Shown one piece after another: positions 1 to 14,075 of a stretch of 64,000 bases of DNA (positions within the stretch are counted from its first letter, which is position 1; each line of letters begins with the position of its first letter). The stretch comes from Thalia democratica (lineage: Eukaryota). The notes below the pieces were generated by a model, which saw only the letters and a list, made by a program, of their open reading frames with translations, did no database searches and was not told the DNA's origin. The stretch spans positions 11,594,001-11,658,000 of the forward strand of contig OZ241834.1 in assembly GCA_965202585.1 (NCBI GenBank), read 5' to 3'. Both the position numbers and the translations under genes were made by a program.

Positions 1-2048
1 AAATATATATTTTAATCGTAATTTATTACAAACTAATTTTCACAAATATAAAGATTATAATTTTATATTTCAGAACAAATATCAGTAAATATACACTTTA
101 TTTAGTTAAATAAATGTTATAAACTGTAAAACTTAATTCTAATTTTCATAAAATCCTTTTCTTATTTACACTTTTTAAATAAATGATTTTGCTTTTATTT
201 TGAGCAATGATAAACATCTGACTCGTTCTACAACAAACTAGCCTGTGTCAAGCTGACTTTAGAAGAAAAAATATAGCAACAATGATATTTTATTTAGTTA
301 TGGACCAAAGACTCCTAAAGGAAGCCTAAAATGGGACGAAATCCCCTTTAAGAATGCCTGCAAAATTTAAATTTAGTACAGATCCGGATCAACCTAGATT
401 TAATGAGTCTCTTTTTTATCTCTTCCTCTTAGTACAACCTCTTGCAAACAAAAAAAAACTTTCAATAATAATTGACAAAAAGTTTCTGTTTTTCTTAATC
501 TATCTGTTTTTCTGAATGTTTTTCTTTGGTATTGTGCTTATTAATGTTGTCCTTATAGCTTTGACTTAAAAAGTTATTGATAGTTATTTTCCTAATAAGT
601 AAAAGATACCATGCTGTTTATAAAGCTCAATGAATTTTCATGGCTTTTGCATGTTGCAGATATGTTAAAAATGTTCTTGAATTCAGTTTTAGTCCAAGCT
701 ACTTTCATCCCAAAGAGCAAGCTGGGAACTTTTTTTCCGAGCAACCGCAAAGCCATTGGTGCTTGAAGTAATAGTTTTTGTTGAACTATCTATTAACTGT
801 TGTACCTTTAATAAAATTTTCAATAAAATTAGATCAGCTTAACAACTTTAAAAGACTCCACTTTTTATATAAAAGAATTATATACTGCTTGTTATAGATT
901 AAAAGATAAATTACCTAATTGACACCTACAAATATTAATTTCTAATAAGTTTGATGTCTCTAACTTATCTATATGAACATAAGAAATCACTAAAAGGTTA
1001 TTGTGACAAAAACAATTTAAAACTGTTTATGCTAAAAAAAGAATATACTTTTGTCAAAAAGTAATGTTCAATTATACCCTTTAGTCTTTTAAGTAATAAA
1101 GCAATTTGATTCAACTTAAAAACTTATAAATTTAATTAATTTTACCAACTTTAATCTGATTCTTATTTAAGTAGAAACTTATTCTAAGATTTTTTACTGA
1201 ACCATTACTGAACTTTTTAACTATCAAACTGGCTAAATCATTTATCAGCATAACAATATAAATCTTTACTATATATATCTTTAAAATAATTTGTAATAAC
1301 TATAAAAGTTTTGATACTGCATACAACAAATCTAATACAAAACAAACTACATCTTAGAAGTTTTAAAAGTATGTAGTGTTTAAAATATTGAATAAATATC
1401 TTCAATTAAACTTTGAAAAATCAACCTTTTGAAATAAACTCCTTCTCAATTGAAAAATCTGGGGTGGTGTAATCTGTTTTAATTTAAGTTTTTTAGCTTC
1501 TGTTAGTTTTAATAACTTTAATAACTGGCAGTTTTTAAGCTTGAAAACTGTCCAATTTACTTTACTTTATAAAATATATAAAAATAAGCAATTTCCTTGT
1601 TCAGCAAAAATTATTTTAACTATACAGGGTAAACGAATAAGAAATTTTAAAATTTAAAAAATAAAAAGAAGTAACATTTTTAAGAATATGAAGGATTGCT
1701 ACTCTTTGAAGCAAAAAAAAAAATGTCCTGATAACCTTAAACTGCACAAGTCACCCTGAGTTTTTATGATCCTTAAAAAACTTTTCAAAATTATTGAAAT
1801 TTAACTTTAAAAAAAAATTGGTTATAAGATAACAAAATATTAAAAATCAATCAGTTAAATCTTATTTAAAATGTATTTAAAAAAATTGCTAAAACTACCC
1901 TGAGATTTATGTAGAAAATTGTACTGCCCTGATCCACCCTGTGTTTTAAAAGAAAATCAAAATACCCTGAGTTTCCCTAAATTTTTTTAGAATTTAAAAA
2001 TTTCGTATCTTTACCTGAGTACTCAGAGTGTGTGGCAACCCTGTATAT

Positions 2049-2696
2049 GGGAACAGGTCTAAATTGCACAAATATAAAATTGCATGAAGTTACTAAATTG
2101 AACAAGTGGACTAAATTGCACAAGAACAAAATTGCACGAAAGCACAAATTTGCACGAAGCCAAATTTGCACAAAGCCAAATTTGCACGAAGCCAAGTTTG
2201 CACGAGGGCAGAAAATTGCATGAGGGAACAAAATTGCACGAAGACGATTTTGCACCAAGGGTCAATTTTGCACCAGTTACATTTTTGCACGAGAGTAAAA
2301 AATAAAAAATATACAGAAAAAAAAAATTAAAAAAAAAAATACTGACCAAGGGTAAGGGTTAGGGGTAATAGTGATAGTATAAATAAAAATAACTAAGAAA
2401 AATTATGGTAAAAAAAAACAACAAAAAAATAAAATAACTTACCGACCGAGGGTAATAGTTAGGGGTAACAGTGATAATAAAAAAAGATATTATCAAAACG
2501 AAATATAATTTAAAAAAAAACCGTGCAAAATTGTCTGCTCGTGCAAAACTGTCTTAATGCAAAAGTGAACTTTTATGCAAAAGTATTTACTTGTAATTTT
2601 ATCTTCGTGCAAATTTATCCCCTCTTGCAAAAGTATCTTCGTGCAGTTTTGTCCCTTCGTGCAATTTTTTAGCTCGTGCAATTTAGACAGGTTTCC
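2049..2696. mobile_element. Foldback/MITE-type non-autonomous DNA element with arms built of TTGCACGA subrepeats
   Basis: Left end GGGAACAGGTCTAAATTGCAC matches the reverse complement of the right end (GGAAACCTGTCTAAATTGCAC). The arms are arrays of (A/T)TTGCACGA repeats in opposite orientation. The element is flanked by a direct repeat, (CC)TGTATAT, at 2040-2048 and 2695-2703. Confidence 0.85.
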
Positions 2697-4283
2697 TGTA
2701 TATAGCTAAATAAAAAAGTATTTACAAAAACAAAAATTATAGTTTTATCTATAACTTAAAGGGTGTAAGATGTTTTTATTAAAAATATATTTTTAGCATC
2801 AAGTTTAAAAACAACTTAGTTTTTGCTATACCCGAAGATAAAATTTTGCCTTTAACACCTACTTAAGAATAGCTTTGCTGAACGTATTTTATATCAAACC
2901 GTAATTAATTTTAAATATTAAAAAGTCATTATAAAACCAAAGTTTATGAGATTTCTTAATAAGACTAGACCAATATAACTCTAACTAAATTTAAATATGC
3001 TGTTTATTAGTTTCGCACAGGTATGGAACAACAAATTCACTTGAAAAGACTTTGATCAACAATCTGATTTAAGGAAATTTTATATTAGAATTAAAAAAAT
3101 ATTTCACATAATTGCAGAAGAAATACTAAGGAGATAACTACTTGTATAACTAATTACTAGTTAGAACAAAGAAGTTTCTAGGTTTTTTAGTAGGTTAGCA
3201 CAGTTTTTTCTGTTAATTATTAAAATGCATTTAATAGTAAGTTTAAATAAAAAAATTTAGAAGACTAAGTAAATGTCGATTAATGTGTTACAGGATTTGT
3301 AAAATATATGGTAAATAGATATAATACATAAAACTAATATTTATAATTTTGAAGTGACCGTTACTATTGACATTATTAGACTTTTTTTAATAACTAACTT
3401 AATCTGTAAACAGTTATCCATTAAGTAAGAAAACACTGCTTAAACTGTAATAAATTCTTTTAAATAAAATTTTAGTTATCGGTAGTTTAAAGATAATTAT
3501 ATTATACTTTATAGTATCCCTCAGTGAATTTTCGTTAGTTTTTCTTTAAAATGTGAACTTTTACTTCAATTACATTTAAGCATCAAATCTGTTTAGTCTT
3601 GAATGACCTAATTTAGAAAAGTCGAATGCAACTTAAAAAAAAGGTTTTAGCAATAAACTTAAGTATACCAAAAATAAATGATAACGAAACATAAAATAAC
3701 TTTAGTTAGACAAAATTTTTAGGAAAGTGTTGAAGTATCACTACATTAACGTCGTTAATGATTAGTTAAAATGACATGTTCAGTATCTAGTGAACTATAA
3801 AATCAAAAAATACAAAGTTAAATAATAGAATTTTTAGTATGTGTGAAAAGTGTTCCTTTAACACAAAAGGTCTTGACAAACATTTTTTTGGAGACAATAA
3901 TAACACTAATTCTATTTGAAAAAAGACAACGATGTGTTACCAAAATTTTTTTTTCAGGTCTGAAAAGTAAAAATATATGATAACGATAAATAACTCAATA
4001 AAAAGTGTAAAACATTTTTTATAAAAATATTTCTATAAATTTATAGAAATTAATACGCTAATTTAGCACTATTATTAACGTAAACAAAAATAAAAAACAT
4101 AAATAATCAAATTTATTTATACTTAAAAGTTGTTATAATACTATATTGTTTTATAAATGTTATATTGTATATAGTTTTAGATACTTATAGCAAAAACAGC
4201 TTATAGCAACAAAAATCTAAAATGGAATCTAACAAATAAAAATACGGTAAACATTAATACGCAAAAACGAAAACCAAAATTAC

Positions 4284-4630
4284 TTAAAGTTTTAAGATAT
4301 AATTTTCTAAAGTGCGGGCAGATGTAAAAAAAAAGTCTTGTGTTTTATTTAAACTGCATTTTTTGTTAGCTTGTGTAATTTCAATCTTTTCCAGGTTACA
4401 TGTTTTACAGATATTACTTATATTGTTTAATTCCCCAATCTTATGTATAACATTCCATTTAATTTCGTAGCATATGTCATTGTTTTTCAATTTCCAAATG
4501 TAGTTTCAAATCTCTGTTCTTTTGTTTCTTTCATTTTTTATATCACTAGTGTGCGCGTACCATCTCTTTTTATATATACCTCCCAAAGGTCCCAATTTTG
4601 GGTGAAATGTCGTTGTCTTTTGTAAGTAAA
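4284..4630 (-). mobile_element. Penelope-like retroelement remnant: GIY-YIG endonuclease C-terminal region
   Basis: Minus-strand translation KKRWYAHTSD...NYIWKLKNNDICYEIKWNVI...CKTCNLEKIEI...LNK fits the PLE endonuclease pattern KxRxxxH...YIWxLK...CxxCxxEK...LNK. It has one in-frame stop. Confidence 0.75.
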
Positions 4631-6318
4631 CTTATTATTATGAATAGCGTTTAACGTTAATATAAGAATTTCACAGTAAAAAACTGATTGAATCTGCTTT
4701 AGTATAACCTAATAAAAGTTTTATTCACATAGATTTTTTTTCAACAAACAACTAAGTGTATTTAAATCTTTGTAAATGACATCGAGAATTTTCAAATAGT
4801 AAATTTAACTTTCTAGTTTAAAAATGATGCATAATCATATTTTACTTAAGTAAGTATTTTCGAAAAGATAACTTTAGGTAACTTAATAAAAAAAAAAGAT
4901 AAAAGTAGGCTGTTTTTGGACTATTTAATTTATGTCGTATGATTTCACTATGAAAATACAACTTAAACATTAGTCTGAAATCTCCTAAACTGACAAGTAG
5001 TAGATAAAATCATTTTATAAATTTAATACTCATTAATTAAATATTTTTTGCAAAAAAAAAAAAAACACTAAAACATCTTTTAACATAGGTGAACTTTCAG
5101 ATTAAATAACGTTTGTATTAAATAATCTAAGCTTCTGCTTTTTTCTACTCCACATAGACTCAAAGAAACCATTCGAAATACGCCCCTGACTTTATACACA
5201 AAAACTTTAGCGAGTTTTCTTATTTTTGTAACTTCTTTTCGTAAAAGTTTTACTTAAATTTAAAAAAATATATTTAACTTTACTGTAGTAATTAGTAGTA
5301 AACTATACAGTTTATATTTCTTTAAATATATTCGTTTTTAAAAAATTAAATATATACTTTAAAAAATATTTATTTATATTATACCTTACTCGAAGTTTAA
5401 ATTGCAGCATATGGTAAAACATATACAAAATAAGCTTTATATCATACTGTTTTAAAGAATTTATCAGACAAGAAGGAAATTGCAGGCAGGATATTTACAA
5501 ATTGGAAAGATAGCACTCTTCCCTAAAATAGTATTACATTAAGTATTGTACATATTTTAACATTTTAGTTAAAAAAAACTGTTAGATGACATATACAATT
5601 ACAAAAAATATAAAAAAACTTTTAAAGATTTTCTTTTAATTAAAATTCTTATATACAGCTGTGCAAAATTTAAACTATCTGTCACAAAAATAGTTTACCT
5701 CTTTTACAAGAACTATAAAATACAAAAAAAAAATAGTGCTTAGATTAAGTTGCAAAATATAAAGTGCTACAAAAAAACAATTTACAAGGTTTTATTTAAG
5801 GTTGTTATAAGTAAAATATTTAATGTTCTGTTAACGTTAAAACTTACAAAGTGGTACTTATAGTTTGACACTGTTAAAAACTAATTAAATACATACAAAA
5901 TTTTTTAAACTTTAGCATTTACATTTTTACAAAATTCATTTACATACAGAATTATACATTTCATTTTGTTTTAGATTAACTTTGAAAAGTTTTCGAAGCC
6001 TCTTAACAAATAAAAGCTTTCATTTTTTATAAAAACTGTTCATTCAATGTACACTATAAAATTTTTTTTATAATATTACTGTAAGTAAACTATATTTTTA
6101 AAGTAAATAAGTGTTTCTATATGTAAAATGAAGCAAAAAAAAATCGTCAATTAATTACGAACTAACAAAACAGTACAAAAAACTTAATTTTAACTAGATA
6201 ATAGTAACAATGTTATTTAATTAATACATCAATCTATATAAATAGTTTAAAGTTTGTTTTCAAAAATTTAAAAATCATAAATGTAAAATACTAAGTAATT
6301 TAATATAAAAATCTAGAA

Positions 6319-9300
6319 CAGCGGTCGTAAAACTGCGGCCTGCGAGCCAACTGCGGCCATCAGAGGGTTATTCTGCGGCCAGCGATAATATTTTATTTTT
6401 AAATGGAATGCAGCCCGCTAGCATGTAAATGTGGCCCGCTGAGCAAAATGATGTTTTAAGTTTTTTTTTTTGGTAATTTGGTTTACTTTGAATATTGGTT
6501 ATAAGTCTCAGTATAACATTTTAAAGCATTTAACAGGTTTTACTGCTTAGGCTTAAAAATTGTGAAAACTACAGATTAGTACAGATTAGCATTTGACCTT
6601 TTTTTTTTTCTCTGTTTCATGAAAACTTTCTTCTTACAACCGCAAGTTAATATCTGAAAAAAAAGGTTAAAAAGTGCTTGGACCCGGTAAGTTAATTATA
6701 TAATACTTATATAGTAAACAAGTTAAATGCAAATGTATTCTATTGTGTACAAAAATAATGCACAATAAATAACTAAAATGTAATTTTTTTACGATTCAGG
6801 TATTTTGTAAAATATGTAAATTATACTTATTATTTTATATATTTTTTATCAACACAAAAGTAAATTATATACTTCAGTGCGCACAAAAACATTTAAAAAA
6901 CGTAATAGTAAGAAATAAGGTTTATTTTGTTTTGGTTTTGACACATTTTGATTTTTTAGAAGTTTTCTGTGCATCTTAAATTAATTCCTAAGCACACCAA
7001 AGTACGAAAATGCTTATTTTTGAACCAACTTTTTGTTAAATTCTAAAGTTAGGTAAAGTTTAGTTTATGTGCTATTAAATTCCTTTATATTATAAAATGT
7101 ATAAGTGTGTACAGACACGTTTGAACAATACTTTTGACATAAATTAAAGTAGTATTGTTCAGTTTATATTTCATTTTTCAAAAAATATTTTTAAGCAAAT
7201 TAAGTTTATTTCTATGCTTTGCATACTAATACATTACTAATACTAATGCTTTGCATACAAATGCTCTTTTTTGGAACTATCTATTTAATATATACTATAT
7301 TTTGAGATGATAAACTTATAAAGTCTATAATTTGTCAATCAAAATAGTTCAAACTTAAGCTTATAAGCAGCTTAACACTGCCACACACTCAGAATAATCT
7401 TGATAGTTTTAAGAATTTCAAATCTCAGGCAAATTTAGATTTTTTTTTTGTTAGTTTTTGGCTTAATTTTTTTTTATTCTAAAATATTAGGCAAATTTTT
7501 GGTCTCCCAGGCTGGCTTTTTTGCTTTAAAGAGTGGCAAACTTATGATGTACACTTTGTTAAATTTACAGTTTTGGATTTAATTTAAAGTTTTAAGTCTT
7601 GCAGATGCTATAATTTGATATATTATTTATATTAATTGTAATCCTATAATGTTCAAGTTTCATTTGCAATTGGAAAATTGCCAATACTTACTTAATTTAT
7701 TAAGCTTATTGTCTTCGTACACAATGCTTCCTTGTGTATTACTAAATAAAATTAGTTGATAAACAACATAAGTTCAAGATCTGGTTTTAAAACAAAATAA
7801 TATTACCATCATGTATTTAGCAATAATTGCAGTAGCAACATTGTTTGTGACAAAAATCTAAGATCAACAACCACTAAAATGTTTAATGCACTATTGCTTT
7901 TGAAATACCTATCGTTGTGCAATTTTTATTCAAATAGCAAAAATATATTTTTAGCAATTTTTTTTCGGTAGTTTGATTTAATTTGATTAATTTCGTTTTA
8001 AGTCGCTGTATAACAATAAAAAAATATAAAAGAGTTTACTGATTTGGCTTAAAAGTATGAAAAATATAAATTAGCATTCGACTACTATTTTTTCACAGTT
8101 TCATAATAACTTTCTTCTTACAACAGCAAGTTATTATCTGAAACAGAGAGTAAATAGTGCTCGGATTTAGTAAGTTATACATAATACTTATTTAATAAAT
8201 AAAATAAATGCAAATGTTTTCAATTACGTACTAGAGTAATGCACAGTAATTAACTAAAATTTCATTTCTTTACAAATTAAGTACTTAGTTTAATATTTAG
8301 TTTATACGTATGTTTCTCTTATAGATGTTTTATAACTACATGTTATACTTAAGTGTACATAAAAACACTAAAAATTACATAATAACAAAACTTAGGTTTA
8401 TTATATTTTGGTTTCGACACATTTTGATTTTTTAGAAGTTTTCTGTGCACTTTAAACTAGTTCTCATGTACACAAATGTACTCAGATGCTAATTTTTTGA
8501 ACCAATTTTTATTTAATACTTAGTTCGATTAAGTTAAGTTTAAAAATATTGTTTTACTATTATTATTTCTATAAGTATTATCTAAGTGTGTACAGACACA
8601 TTTAAATAATAATATAAAAAGCATAAACTTAAATAGTTTTTGTTAGGTATATATTTTCAGTTTTCAAAGAATATTTTTTGGCAGATTTTTGTTTCACTTG
8701 CAATTTTTTCGCGTTCTTAAATAAATTATAGTACTCATAATTAACAAAAAAAATCAATCAAGCTATTGTACGTATTAAACTTTGTTAAAAAATGTGCGCT
8801 ACACTTTAACAAAATACTTTTTTGTGAAGGTTTTATAGGATCTGAATTTATTTTTTGATAATTGAAGGTCAGAAAATCATGTGGAAAATTCGTCTGATAT
8901 GTTTTTAAATGCATACAAAAATTAAATACCTGTTTTTTGTTTGATGTTTCAAAGGTTTTGTAATTATTTTTAAAATCTGAAACCCCTACAGTCTTAAATT
9001 TGTTTCAAAAGTCATAATATTGTACTACATCTCATAATTTTTTTTTTTCCATTAATACAAAGTTAAATTTTTAAGTTGCGATGTAAGAAATACCAGAAAT
9101 GCTAATAATAGTATGAGGTTTTTATCTTTATAAGCAGTGTTATTTATATTTTACTTTTAAGAAAAGATACAATTTCATTTCTTAACTAATAGACTCGTTA
9201 TAACATCAAACAAATACTTAACAAAAGAACAAGCCAAAAGTAAACTAGGTCAACGTATTGACTTTTTGTTTTTCTACTATTTTTTGAAACTGTCGGTGAT

Positions 9301-12300
9301 AAAGTTTGTTTGACAAAATTGTGTTCACTACTTAAATCGTTAAATTAACAACTTTTTAAAGCTTGTTGTCTTCGCTCCTAATACCTCCTGGCTTAAACTA
9401 AATGAAGTTAATTGATAAACAACATAAGTCTAAGATCTGGTTTTAAACAAAATCATATTACCATCATGTATCTAGCAATAATTGCAGTAGCAACATTGTT
9501 TAAAAAACCTTAAAATTAACACTCATTATACTGGTGCATCGCACCTTTGCTATAAAAACTTCCTTATCAATTGTTGTGCTTTGCAGTGGAATTAAACCTA
9601 AAAACTCTTCTAAAATTTCAAAGTTAGTAAAAACACCTCTTATAAAAGTTTTCAGATGAGCAGTATCTGTTGTATCAATGCCCTCGTCTTAAGAGATTGG
9701 TTAACGTCCTAATTTGATTTTTATGGCTTTAAAACTTTAGACATCTTCTAAACACGAATTCTTGTTGTTATTGAAGAAATAAACAAAAAAATTTACTACC
9801 GCCAAAACATTTTCTTAAAAAAGTTTTCAATTTTAAACGGTATCTTGTTTAGAGTAAGTACTTTTGCTACTTTAAAACGTGCCTTAAAAATTTTTTTCAG
9901 ATGATTTTGTAATTACAAAAACATAATTATCTTTGTTGAAAATGACTTAGGTAATTTGTTTTTTCTATTTTATTTCTCGCAATAACTCCTAACTAACGCT
10001 TTTTTATTCTTATTGCTTGTTTTATATTTCACATTTACTCGTTTTAAACGCAATATTTTATAGGAGATAAATAATTGCTATAATGCTCAATAAAAAATAG
10101 TTTTTCTACTTCATTAACGGCTTAATGAATTTTATCGTTAAGTTAGAAATATTTAAGAAACTTAATTGTCTATTCAAGCTGACTTAAAATATATACTTTT
10201 AAATATATTTAATTAATAGTTGAAAAAATTTTTACCTCTTTATTTTGTGAACTTTACTCTATACATGGTTGCCAAACAAACAACCTAGTTTAAAAAATTG
10301 ATAAACTCAGACTAGATTAAACCTTTTTAAGACACGTTTTAAAACTCAGGTGTGTGTAAAAATTTTATATTTCAATAAATCTTAGAATTCTCATAACAGT
10401 TTTTATGACTGTAGTGTAGTTTATTATTTTTTCATCTAGCCTACTTACATAGTATGTACTTTTTTCATGATGATATTTTAGTTAAGTATTTAAGTTTGAT
10501 TAGTAGCAAGTTTTCAGCTTTTTCAACTTTTAATAAACTTAGACTGGTTTGATATAACTCATCATTTTTGCTTTTTAAGTAGCGACCATGTAAAATATTA
10601 ATTTATTATTTAATAAGTTATTTTATTAAAGTATTAATTTAAATTATACAAATAATTTAATTAACCATACAAATAGGTATAAATTTTATTTAGTTAAGTA
10701 ATTACTGAATTTTTAAAGAGTGAAAACTATTTGAAAGACAAAAATTATTTTCAAAAATTAATATTTAAAAAAATTGAAAAAGCGGTTCATTATATAAAAA
10801 ATGTATAAAAGAACCTCCCAAAAAATGTTTTTCAAGCTCGGTTTTCATAGAGTACTAGATTGTAAGTAAAAAAAAAAAGTTAAACTTGTTTAGTCTTTAA
10901 GACAGTACGTAATTTCTTAAGACTTAAGTATATTGGTCAATGTCAATTTACTTCGATAAATATGTATAATTCAAAAAGGAGTTTTATGTGTAGCTAAAAG
11001 TCACTTAAAATAATAAACTGAATAAAAGTAAAACTTTCTTTAGTGTGACTAAAACTAAAACCAAAAGATTGTTTAAAGGTCACTAAAACTGCGGCCCGCA
11101 AAGATTTTGGAAACTTGAAACTTGGCCCGCGAGCACCAACTGCCTGCCGACCCCTGATTTAGACTATAACTGTTTGCACAAGTTGAATTATTAACCAAAT
11201 GTTCTGCAATAGATGAACGTTTAGATACAATTAAAACCTTGACCGGTAAATCATCTTTCTTATCTGAAAAGCATAAATTCTCTACACTCTTAGGTACATG
11301 CTCTTAAATCATTTTCCTTAGATGTTAAATCTAAATAGGTTTAGAACTATTAAAACTTGTAGTAATGTTTTAGATTTGATTAAATTAGAAGCCATTTGTA
11401 TTTTGTTTAGGAAACCTGGTTTATGTAACCAAAAATATTTTGACTTTTGATACTGTTTCTTTATTTTTATAATACTTTATAAGGGTCGTTTTCATTATAT
11501 TTGTGTTTAGTCTTACTGTAGATCAATTATAACTTAAGTAAGCTTAAATGGTATTAAATGTTTCTAATTGCTTTTATCTTTTATTAATCTCTTAATTACT
11601 TTGTGATTATTTGGTTACTAAACAAGTTTGTAAAGTCTTACTACTTGTTAGCTTTGTACTCTAATGATGAGAATTGCTCGAAATATATTTTGTTTTAATA
11701 AAATTGTGTGTCTTGTATATCTTGTTGTATATAATTTTTCTAATCTAGTTACATATTATGTTCATTTTTGTAATGATAATAATCTAGTAGGTGTTAAAGC
11801 TTGATTAACAGCAAGTTTTTAGCTTTTTCTACTTTTAATAGACTTAGACTGGTTTGATGTAACTAAAAAATTTTTTCTTTTAGAGTGGCAACCATAAAAA
11901 GACTAATTACTAATTACTAATAAGGTATATTATTAAAGTATTTTAACACTTTAGCTATTAAATTTATGTTTTAGTTTTTTTTCCGATACAAAAAGCTATA
12001 AATTTGAGTTAGTTAAGTAATAAGTGAATTTTTTAAAGAGTGCAAATTATTTAAGATAAATTAATTATTTTCAACAATTAATATCTCAAAAAAAAAAGAA
12101 ACTGTGGTTGATAACGTAAAATTTTTTATAAAAATGACTTATAAATGTTTTCAATCTCAGTTTTTATAGAGAGTTAGGTTGAAAATAAAATAATAAACTT
12201 TAAAATGAATTTATTTTAAGTTTAAGATAATACATAGATTATTAAGACTTAAGTATATTATTCAATGTAAATTTAACACAATAAATATATATAATTTATT

Positions 12301-12526
12301 AGGCATTCTATGTGTAGCTAAAAGTCATTAAAAAAAATCTAAAAATAAAACATCTAGAAGTTGAGATCTTTTTATTAGGGTTCTAAAAATCAAAACATAT
12401 AACTTTTTTTATTGGGAATAAAACAAACAAAAAATATTTAAAAGCCACTAAAATGAAACCTGTGGCCCGCGAAGATTTTAAAGCTTTAAATTTGTCTCGC
12501 GAGCACCAACAGCCTGCCGAACCCTG
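6319..12526 (-). mobile_element. Decayed hAT (Charlie/Buster-like) DNA transposon complex with duplicated internal segments and duplicated right end
   Basis: Left TIR CAGCGGTCG...GCGGCC at 6319. Right TIRs ...GCCGACCCCTG (ends 11156) and ...GCCGAACCCTG (ends 12526). Flanks ATCTAGAA and ATCTAGAT match at 7/8 and fit the NTCTAGAN target preference of Charlie-type hATs. Transposase remnants lie inside. Confidence 0.8.
9400..9950 (-). pseudogene. hAT transposase fragment (GTF2IRD2/Buster-like DDE region)
   Basis: Minus strand reads *DEGIDTTDTAHLKTFIRGVFTNFEILEEFLGLIPLQSTT, matching the family motif LDESTDxxDxAQLxxFIRGV...EExLxLxPxxxTT. Upstream it reads FKVAKVL...IPF. There are several stops and frameshifts. 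Confidence 0.8.
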
Positions 12527-12754
12527 ATCTAGATAGGAAAATAACTGTTTTTTAGCCGGTTTACTAAAACAGATGATACATTTTTTCATAGGTTTCTTTA
12601 ACTTAAATTTTGCTGCGCTTTGTAGCATTAACCTTCGTTTTTTGTTTTACTACTTTTTTAAAACATAAGTTTTCGACCCTAGTTAAATACTTTAAAAACA
12701 AATTGGATTTTTGTATTGAAAATAAAAAAATAAAAGTGTTTTATGTAAACATTT

Positions 12755-12995
12755 TTGTCATAAAAAAATTGAAGAAATACTGGTGTATAATTAAAAGAAA
12801 TAATGTAATGTTTTAAATTAAGAAAAAAACCTTCCAGAGGTAAATAAGATTTAAGCTAATGTAATAGTTTTTGTTGTCACATTTGTTGTCATTAAAACAA
12901 ATTGAAGAAATACTGGTGTATAATTTAAAAAAATAATGTAATGCTTTAAATTAAGAAAAAAAAACCTTCTAGAAGTAAATAAGATTTAAGCTAAT
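12755..12995. repeat. Two-copy tandem duplication, period about 133 bp
   Basis: ATTGAAGAAATACTGGTGTATAAT...GTAAATAAGATTTAAGCTAAT occurs at about 12768 and 12901. Confidence 0.85.
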
Positions 12996-14075
12996 TATTT
13001 AATTATTTAATTAAAAATCCTCTGAAATCAGACGAAATTTGCAAAATTTTCCTCGAAGTTTACAAAATTACTAAATCTATTAAAAATTAGTATAGTATCA
13101 TTCATAAAACTGCAAAGTTTTTCTTTTAACATATTGAATAACTACCCTACTTGAACAAGCAGTTTTTGCTTGTTTTTTAGTACTAATGACCTGTGGCAAG
13201 GACACTTCCATAGTGAAAATGTGATATACACACAAACGTTTATTTTGCAGAAATTTAGAATCAGGAGGCTGAAGTTTCGCAGATATTTAAAATCAGATAT
13301 TCGCATTTTTGAACAGATATTCGCTATAAACAAGCTTTCGTAAAAAATTAATGTAGCTTACAGTTCTTATTCAATTTAGACGAAAAACATCTTAAACGAT
13401 TCGTCTTGCTTTGTAGTTATTAAATTTTTGGTTTAGACCGATTAAAATCATCAAAAAAAAAATATTTTGTGACAAAGTTCAACTAATATTTTTTTTGTTT
13501 ATTCTATATAAAAAAACTAAGTTTCGTAAAAAATTAATGGAGCTTACAATTCTTATCAAACTTAGACAAATAACATCTTAAACGATTCGTCTTACTTTGT
13601 AGTTTTTAAATTTTTTGTTTAGATTGAAAAAAATTCATAATTTTTTTTTTTTTGACCTCAAAGTTCAACTAATAGCTTTCTTTTTTATTCTATGTAAATC
13701 AATTAAAATAAGTTACGACCTAAAAACCAATCAATTTTTCCGTCGGTTTTCTTAACAAAAGTAAACACTCTTTCAATTTGACTTTTCAATTCTAGATTAT
13801 TTCAAAAAAATAATTCAAGCCATTTGTCTCGTTTAAAAATATCAAATACTTTTTCAGATTAAAGATAAACACAAAAACTTGTACCTATTTTTAATCAAAC
13901 TTTTTCTACCTCTTTTAAAAGTTGTGTTATACGCTTATACTTCTGCTATTTTAAACAATATATTTTAATTCATACGTCATAATTAACTGCTACTTATTGT
14001 GCAGTTCTCATAACTTAAAGTTTAACTAATTCAAAAATAAAAATACAATTTATTGCAAACTTGTTAGTCTTCAAT

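Noticed and set aside
300-820. Minus-strand exon-like text (QQLIDSSTKTITSSTNGFAVARKK...)
   Set aside because: It has many stops and no recognisable family, so it cannot be supported as a gene.
2345-2475. Interstitial telomere
   Set aside because: There are only isolated GGTTAGGG motifs inside a repeat element, not a tandem TTAGGG array.
1977-2681. Four overlapping ORFs of 62-96 aa
   Set aside because: They are translations of the TTGCACGA subrepeats of the foldback element and have no protein-like features.
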